DNA from: Candidatus Hermodarchaeota archaeon
GTDB lineage: Archaea; Asgardarchaeota; Heimdallarchaeia; Hodarchaeales; Hodarchaeaceae
Assembly: GCA_048886185.1 (NCBI GenBank)
Contig: JBHLKY010000008.1
Location: 153,047 to 185,046 of the forward strand
Length of the DNA stretch: 32,000 bases
Direction of reading: 5' to 3'
The position numbers were made by a program, and so were the translations under genes. The notes under the pieces were generated by a model. It had not been told where the DNA came from and did not search any database. It was given only the letters and a program-made list of their open reading frames with translations. How positions within the stretch are numbered: the stretch's first letter is position 1; each line of letters opens with the position of its first letter. Positions 26,227-32,000 of this stretch are shown here, in pieces.

Positions 26227-27711
26227 ATGCTTTCGTCTCGTGGAGCCTTCATAGCCATTGGAGGTATTTTATTAATCTCAGTGGGGTTAAGTGCCAAGGG
26301 TATCGGAACTGTCGCCACAATGCTTCCTATTCTATTTGGAGAACAAGGATGGGAAGCGGAAACAACTGAACCAATAGAGCCCACTGAACCCGTGAATCAA
26401 ACTATTTCGATATCTGATCTAGTCAGACCGTTTAATATCTTGAATAGCTCGCCAATTGTGGATTATGGGATGTTTTTGGGAACTCTATTACTCTTGGCAA
26501 GCGTTATTGGTCTTCCTTTCTTCCGTGTTTCAGCAAATGCCTCATTGATACGAGTAACACGTACTGTAGATCGAGAAAAAGCTTTTGCAGGCGAATATGT
26601 GCATGTAACAGTCAAAGTAGAAAATACAGGACGAAGGCGTATGGATTTTCTCGAGATATATGATGCTATTCCCGATATGTTTGAAATTGCTTTAGGTGAG
26701 AACTTTATTATAACCCAGCTTGCAGGAAGAGAAACAAAAGAATTTTCCTACATAGTTCAAGTCAGTACTCGGGGAGTTTATCGCCTTGGGCCAGTCAAGG
26801 TTATTATCCATGATAGATTAGGATTCTACTTTGAGGAGGATGTGAGACATTTCTATACTGAAATTCTTTGTTACCCCTCATATGAAGATATTCGACGAAT
26901 GGAAGCATTGAGTAAACGCCGACAACAAGGTAAGATGTTTGGAGCTCACAAAACCAAACTAAAGGGAATGGGAGATGATTTTCATGCTTTAGCACGCTAT
27001 TATCCTGGAGCTCCCTTCAAATCTCTAGATTGGAAAGCATTCAGTCGTACGGGAGAACTTATGGTAAGAGAGTTTGAATCAGAGAAAAATATTCGAATGG
27101 TTGTTTTTCTTGACCATAGTGGGAGTATGGGAGCTGGTATTCCATTTAATACTAAACTGGATTTTGCTATACGTTCGACAATGCTTGTAATGAAGATGGC
27201 TGAAGAACGCCAGGATCTTTTCGGGTTGGTTACGTTTGCCGACCGCCCGACATCATTCCTTCCTCCTGGAGGAGGAAAAGCAAAGTTTTTCCAATTATTA
27301 GAGATTCTAGCATTGGTAGAACCACAAGGCCGTTCTGATCCCTTAGCTGCTGTGGATTTTGTGATGCAAAGGGTACCAAGAGCCTCATTTTATATTTTCT
27401 TAACAGATCTTGAATCTTCTGATTCAGAAATCTTCACAGAAGCTGCAAAGCGAGCACGGGCAACAAAGAATAATATTACTGTAATATCACCATTTGGCCC
27501 GTTATTTGAGACAAAACTTAGTGATCTGACAGCAACAGAAAGAGCAATAGCGGAAGCTATATTTGAAGAATATCTTGGATATAGGAAACAAGTAGAGGAC
27601 AGATTACGGGGATTAGGAGTAGAAATCATTAATGTTGGGCCTGATGACATGCTCCCTAACGTAATTAAGACATATATGGAAGGTAAGCAAGTAGGTAAAG
27701 GAACTGTGTAA
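26227..27711 (+). CDS. DUF58 / vWA-domain protein with N-terminal TM segments
   Basis: Two N-terminal hydrophobic segments, an Ig-like segment (RGVYRLGPV), DWKAFSRTGELMVREFESE and an intact MIDAS-like DHSGS. Confidence 0.9.
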   Translation: MLSSRGAFIAIGGILLISVGLSAKGIGTVATMLPILFGEQGWEAETTEPIEPTEPVNQTISISDLVRPFNILNSSPIVDYGMFLGTLLLLASVIGLPFFRVSANASLIRVTRTVDREKAFAGEYVHVTVKVENTGRRRMDFLEIYDAIPDMFEIALGENFIITQLAGRETKEFSYIVQVSTRGVYRLGPVKVIIHDRLGFYFEEDVRHFYTEILCYPSYEDIRRMEALSKRRQQGKMFGAHKTKLKGMGDDFHALARYYPGAPFKSLDWKAFSRTGELMVREFESEKNIRMVVFLDHSGSMGAGIPFNTKLDFAIRSTMLVMKMAEERQDLFGLVTFADRPTSFLPPGGGKAKFFQLLEILALVEPQGRSDPLAAVDFVMQRVPRASFYIFLTDLESSDSEIFTEAAKRARATKNNITVISPFGPLFETKLSDLTATERAIAEAIFEEYLGYRKQVEDRLRGLGVEIINVGPDDMLPNVIKTYMEGKQVGKGTV

Positions 27712-27714
27712 TAA

Positions 27715-29091
27715 ATGCCCGCAGGACAAACAACAGCTCATTTCTTTCGAATTCTATATATTATCGTATTTGTGTTCTCATGTCTCTTGGTTATCGGTAT
27801 ACCTATCCCTATAGACAATCCAATATTAGCTACAAGTATTGATCCCTCTATGTTTGATTTTACACAGGTCTTCAATATCTTAGAGTATATAATGATAATT
27901 GTTGAGGTGTTAATTCAAGGGTTTGCATCTGTAGCCTTTCAAGTAGTTTCAATAATAGCATCAAGTAAACAGGATATCTTTCTTATTGGTGATCAGTTTT
28001 TTGAGAGAGTAGATTCTGGAGACATGATGACCACTCTCACGGCTATAGTTAATCCTGAAAATGGCTTTTTTCCTCACAGTAGTGCGATTACTCTTGATAC
28101 TTTTCTAGAGGATTTTGGGAACTTCTTTGGAGCAACTACAATCCTAATCCTTCTTCCAGTTGCTATTCTTTCAGGAATTGGCTTTCTTCGAGAGGGAGAC
28201 ACCAAACTCGCAATTTATTCATTTCTAGGATTTCAACTTATCATTATCATTGCAATCTTTACTGAAAAAATCATTGTCACTACAAAAATAGACTCCTCAA
28301 ATATATTCACAATGTTGTTCAGTCCCATTTTCACTCTTGGATTTCTATTATATCTCCTTTTAGAGATTGCTTTCCAAACATCATATACTTTAAACATAAT
28401 TGAACCTATGACAGAACGTGAAAAACGAATTCAGGAGCATCTTAAACGAATACGTACTTTTGTTCCTTTATCTGAGGAGGAAAAAGGAAAGGAACAGTCT
28501 ATCCAAAGTGTTCAATCAAAAAAATTTGATTTACTTGCAGCTAGTTATTTACGGGAACTGGTAGAAAGACGTGTGTTCAAAAAGGGAGAAGTGATGCGTG
28601 ATGCCAAATCTACGATGCGGTTGCAGTCTTACCTTGCAAGTTTGAATCAGAGTGATCCTGAAACGGATTTGAAATTAGCTGCTAAAACTGCTCAACCCGA
28701 TATTTCTGCTTTAATTAAACATTTCGTTCCAGCTATGGCTTTTCGCATCATTACGGTCACAGTTCTCGCATATGTGATCTTAGCGCCTGAATTTCTTCTT
28801 ACCCCCCTCATGGGAACTTCTTTTCCAGCCCTTCTTCAGAGTCTGGAACTAACTCAGCCTGAATTTCAAACAATAGCCATTCTCAATGTAGTCTTACTTT
28901 TCATTCTAGTTGGTGCATTATTGCATTACTTTTCAGGTGGACGAACTGGTAGGATTCTAGAACGAGTAGTTCAACAAATTGATACTTTAGTAGATTTTGA
29001 TAGAGATTCAAAACCAACAATAACTCCAAGCGAAACTAGTGAAGAAGAAGTGGAAGAACCACCTTCAGATGATGAAGAAGAGATCTCCTAA
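27715..29091 (+). CDS. Hypothetical polytopic membrane protein with a soluble insert and acidic tail
   Basis: 458 aa with several TM segments, a charged central domain and the C-terminus SEEEVEEPPSDDEEEIS; starts 3 nt after the DUF58 stop. Confidence 0.8.
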   Translation: MPAGQTTAHFFRILYIIVFVFSCLLVIGIPIPIDNPILATSIDPSMFDFTQVFNILEYIMIIVEVLIQGFASVAFQVVSIIASSKQDIFLIGDQFFERVDSGDMMTTLTAIVNPENGFFPHSSAITLDTFLEDFGNFFGATTILILLPVAILSGIGFLREGDTKLAIYSFLGFQLIIIIAIFTEKIIVTTKIDSSNIFTMLFSPIFTLGFLLYLLLEIAFQTSYTLNIIEPMTEREKRIQEHLKRIRTFVPLSEEEKGKEQSIQSVQSKKFDLLAASYLRELVERRVFKKGEVMRDAKSTMRLQSYLASLNQSDPETDLKLAAKTAQPDISALIKHFVPAMAFRIITVTVLAYVILAPEFLLTPLMGTSFPALLQSLELTQPEFQTIAILNVVLLFILVGALLHYFSGGRTGRILERVVQQIDTLVDFDRDSKPTITPSETSEEEVEEPPSDDEEEIS

Positions 29092-29114
29092 TCCGCTCAC
29101 TTGAGGAATTTTGA

Positions 29115-29648
29115 ATGGTAAAATTAGATCCTGAAAGCAGTGAAGCTAGAAAAAGAATATCTAAAGTGGTTCCCAGCTATCGGAGCTATGAAAAACAGGT
29201 GGATCGTCAATCAACTGAGACAGCAATACGAACGTATTTAGAATCACAGCTCTCAAGCTATTCTGATGATATTAAAAAGATCCAAGAAGCAGCTTTAATG
29301 AGTCAAATGATTACAACTTGGTCTGATCTAGATCGTTTGATCTCAAGCTTTTCAGATATCCGATATTTGATCCAAATGACGGAATATGGAATAAGCACCT
29401 TCTTTGACTCAAATGTAATCAAAGAATTTGATTTAAGTTATCTATATACATTAGAAAAAACCATTCTCGACATTATTGGGCGTTTAGATGATAAAATCAG
29501 CCGTTTTGATGATGCTATTGAATCTGGTATGCTCTCGGACAGCAGTCGTCTGACAAATGAAATTTTGGATGACCTTTCTGCCATTAGAGACGCATGGGAA
29601 GAACGGAGAAAGTTGATATCTGATTTTCAGAAATTAGGATTAGTTTAA
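29115..29648 (+). CDS. Conserved hypothetical helical protein
   Basis: 177 aa; VPSYRSY...IRTYL and EYGISTFFD...LSYLY resemble a recalled uncharacterised family (IPGFxGY...DYGYSGFFD...LYxYD). Confidence 0.7.
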   Translation: MVKLDPESSEARKRISKVVPSYRSYEKQVDRQSTETAIRTYLESQLSSYSDDIKKIQEAALMSQMITTWSDLDRLISSFSDIRYLIQMTEYGISTFFDSNVIKEFDLSYLYTLEKTILDIIGRLDDKISRFDDAIESGMLSDSSRLTNEILDDLSAIRDAWEERRKLISDFQKLGLV

Positions 29649-29803
29649 TCAAATTGAATTATTTGTTGGATTCTCGAGTTATGACTATCTTATCACCATT
29701 TTTTGAGATTTCTTAACTTTATACTTTTATAGCTTTTATCTTTTTCTTCCAGCGGGTCTCTTTCATCGGAGAACATACTTTCTGATTTGAATTGATATGA
29801 ATA

Positions 29804-31081
29804 ATGAATGGCGGAATCAGTTTGAGTGAAACTAAAGTTTTTAATAGATATTTTGTGATGTTAGGAGCAGTAGTTGCACAACTGTGCCTAGGTTCCATTT
29901 ATGCGTGGACGATCTTTCAGACTGCACTGTTTGAAAATACCCCTTATCAATGGGATAAACTACTCACCCAACTACCTTTTTCAGTTGGGTTAGCCTCCTT
30001 TGCTTTTTTCATGATTTTTGCGGGAAAATGGCAGGACAGGGTTGGCCCAACCAAAGTCGCCACTGTGGGTGGAGTTCTTCTAGGTATTGGATATATCCTA
30101 GCTGGGCTGGTCGATTTTATAGCCACAGGTAATGAATTACTCGGTTTCTTATGGCTTGTTTTATCTTACGGAGTAATTAGTGGAGCAGGCATTGGATTTG
30201 CTTATGTCTGTCCCATTGCAGCATTAGTTAAATGGTTTCCTGATCTTAAAGGTCTAATTACTGGAATAGCTGTGGCTGGATTTGGAGCAGGAGCACTCAT
30301 ATTCACTCAAGTGGAAACAGCTCTCATACCAGAGGATGGTACGGTGGGAACAGCTTTTCTACTTCTTGGATTCCTGTATCTCATTCTTGTTGTGGGATCA
30401 GCTCAGCTTCTACGCAACCCTCCATCGGATTGGACTCCCCCCATACACTTGAAAAAGATATCTCCAAGTCCAACTCCTCAAATGGGATTAGATGTTCAAC
30501 CAAGGGAAATGATTCAAACACCTGAATTTTGGCTACTTTGGGGGATGTTTGTGCTAGCTGCTGCAGCTGGACTAATGACTATTGGAAATGTCAAATCTTT
30601 TGTTCAAATCAAAAATCCAGAAATTGATGCAGTAATGGCAGCAACCATTGCTGGTATCTTAGCAATTTTTAACGCTGCAGGACGTATAGTATGGGGTGCT
30701 ATCTCAGATCGGGTTGGCCGAACTGCTACTATGATTATAATGTTTGCAACTCTTGGGTTGGCAATGTTTTTCTTTGGACTTCAACCAACTAATGCAGATA
30801 TCTTAACACTAACAATAGGCGCTTCTATTATTGGATTCTGTTTTGGTGGTAACTTTGCTCTTTTCCCCTCAGCCACAGCAGACTACTTTGGAACAAAGAA
30901 TATTGGTAGTAACTATGGGTTAGTCTTTACAGCATATGGGGTAGCTGGAGTTCTTGGCCCCTTTCTAGCTGGGATCATGGACTATGGGGAGGCCTTTCCA
31001 CTTCTTGGTTTACTTGCCTTTCTAGCTCTAGGCCTAGCAATTATTACAGAGTTACTAGCACGAAACAAAGCAAGAATTTGA
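29804..31081 (+). CDS. MFS transporter, oxalate/formate antiporter (OFA)-like
   Basis: About 12 TM segments, GSIYAW, GKWQDRVGP, KWFPDLKGL, GRIVWGAISDRVGR, DYFGTKNIGSNYG. Confidence 0.9.
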   Translation: MNGGISLSETKVFNRYFVMLGAVVAQLCLGSIYAWTIFQTALFENTPYQWDKLLTQLPFSVGLASFAFFMIFAGKWQDRVGPTKVATVGGVLLGIGYILAGLVDFIATGNELLGFLWLVLSYGVISGAGIGFAYVCPIAALVKWFPDLKGLITGIAVAGFGAGALIFTQVETALIPEDGTVGTAFLLLGFLYLILVVGSAQLLRNPPSDWTPPIHLKKISPSPTPQMGLDVQPREMIQTPEFWLLWGMFVLAAAAGLMTIGNVKSFVQIKNPEIDAVMAATIAGILAIFNAAGRIVWGAISDRVGRTATMIIMFATLGLAMFFFGLQPTNADILTLTIGASIIGFCFGGNFALFPSATADYFGTKNIGSNYGLVFTAYGVAGVLGPFLAGIMDYGEAFPLLGLLAFLALGLAIITELLARNKARI

Positions 31082-31346
31082 ACAATTAAAGCGTCAGATA
31101 TAACGACGTTTTACCCCTATTTTTTTTATAAAATTAAATTGGTTACATCTAATTACTTTAGTTCGAAAATTTTCAGTAGAAAGAAGAAATTGCTTGCTAT
31201 AGATTAAAAATTAGTTACTTTTAAACGAAAGAAACTTATTAAAAAATTCTTGATCAACTCTGAATCAGATTATGGAGGCCCAATTTCCTCTGTAATGTTG
31301 TCTAAAGTTACGCAATGATGAAATGAATAATTTTTTAGGGGATACT

Positions 31347-32000
31347 ATGTCAAAGCTAACAGAAACAGAGAAAGAAAAAGCAAAAAAATATTATCCTCAG
31401 CCTGAACTAGCAAAAAACGCCAGAATTTTAAATATGGATGAATATTATAAAAAATGGAAATACTCCATTGATAATATGGAAGAATTTTGGGCTGAAGAAG
31501 CGAAAAAGATCGAGTGGATTGGTCCATACGAAAAAGTTTGGAATCCCCCAACAGGAAATAAGGATGATTTCGTAGGGAAATGGTTTGTAGGTGGTCGGCT
31601 TAATGTAACCTATAATTGCCTCGATCGATGGGTAAAAAAAGGATACGGTGATGAAACTGCTTTAATTTGGATGGGAGAAGACGATACAGTCAAAAAGTAT
31701 AGTTACAAATCGCTTATGGATGAAGTTAACAAGGCTGCTAATGCCCTAAAATCTTTAGGAATTAAAAAAGGCGACCGTGTCTGCATTTGGTTACCGATGA
31801 TCGATTCTCTCGCAATCATAATGTTAGCGTGTGCTCGTATTGGTGCTATCCACTCAATTGTATTTGGTGGTTTCTCCGCCGAGTCGGTTAAAGATCGAAT
31901 TGATGATTCTGAATGTAAAATTCTAGTTGTAGCTGATGAAGTTCGCAGAGCTGGGAAAAATAGACCAATGAAGGACAACCTCAGGGGAGTGATCGAAACA
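31347..32000 (+). CDS. acs: AMP-forming acetyl-CoA synthetase, N-terminal part; truncated by the window edge
   Basis: Not in the ORF track; translated from ATG 31347: ...EEFWAEEAKKIEW...KWFVGGRLNVTYNCLDRW...TALIWMGED...GIKKGDRVCIWLPM...CARIGAIHSIVFGGFSAESVKDRI. Confidence 0.92.
   Translation, partial: MSKLTETEKEKAKKYYPQPELAKNARILNMDEYYKKWKYSIDNMEEFWAEEAKKIEWIGPYEKVWNPPTGNKDDFVGKWFVGGRLNVTYNCLDRWVKKGYGDETALIWMGEDDTVKKYSYKSLMDEVNKAANALKSLGIKKGDRVCIWLPMIDSLAIIMLACARIGAIHSIVFGGFSAESVKDRIDDSECKILVVADEVRRAGKNRPMKDNLRGVIET

Noticed and set aside
915-31978. Short ORF-track entries nested in or antisense to larger genes (e.g. 915-1100, 1770-1991, 5655-5933, 7168-7389, 13381-13695, 15454-15762, 22684-23031, 31703-31978)
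   Set aside because: Shadow ORFs of well-supported genes, with no independent motifs.

Overview
A low-GC archaeal chromosomal window. Archaeal identity is well supported (uL16/L10e, pelota, Pth2, HMf-type histone, archaeal DnaG, CofE, COG1223-type AAA ATPase, BHB tRNA intron). An Asgard (Heimdall/Hod-like) origin is my inference from gene content and eukaryote-like traits, not something the sequence proves. The left ~17 kb is housekeeping: AAA ATPase (partial), tRNA-Pro, ftsZ, divergent hypB/hypA, an HDAC-family deacetylase, rpl10e-pth2-pelota, histone, dnaG, PPAT, site-2 protease, NusA-like protein, argF, a Urm1/SAMP-like ubiquitin-fold protein, tRNA-Gly with a T-loop intron, cofE and a TPR-like protein. 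The right ~12 kb is a co-oriented cluster: a 1712-aa Ig-like repeat surface protein, DUF4129-like, DUF4350-like, MoxR AAA+, DUF58/vWA, a polytopic membrane protein and a helical protein. It is followed by an OFA-type MFS transporter and acs (partial). Items not in the ORF track are two good and one weaker ~95-100 nt box C/D-like guide RNA candidates sharing a stem between D' and C', a canonical BHB intron at tRNA position 59/60, and a further unexplained folded segment. Other notable points are a eukaryote-like OTC, a capped GG motif on the Ubl, and a possible membrane-targeting tail on FtsZ. No CRISPR array or mobile element was seen. All family assignments come from motif recognition by eye; no searches were run.
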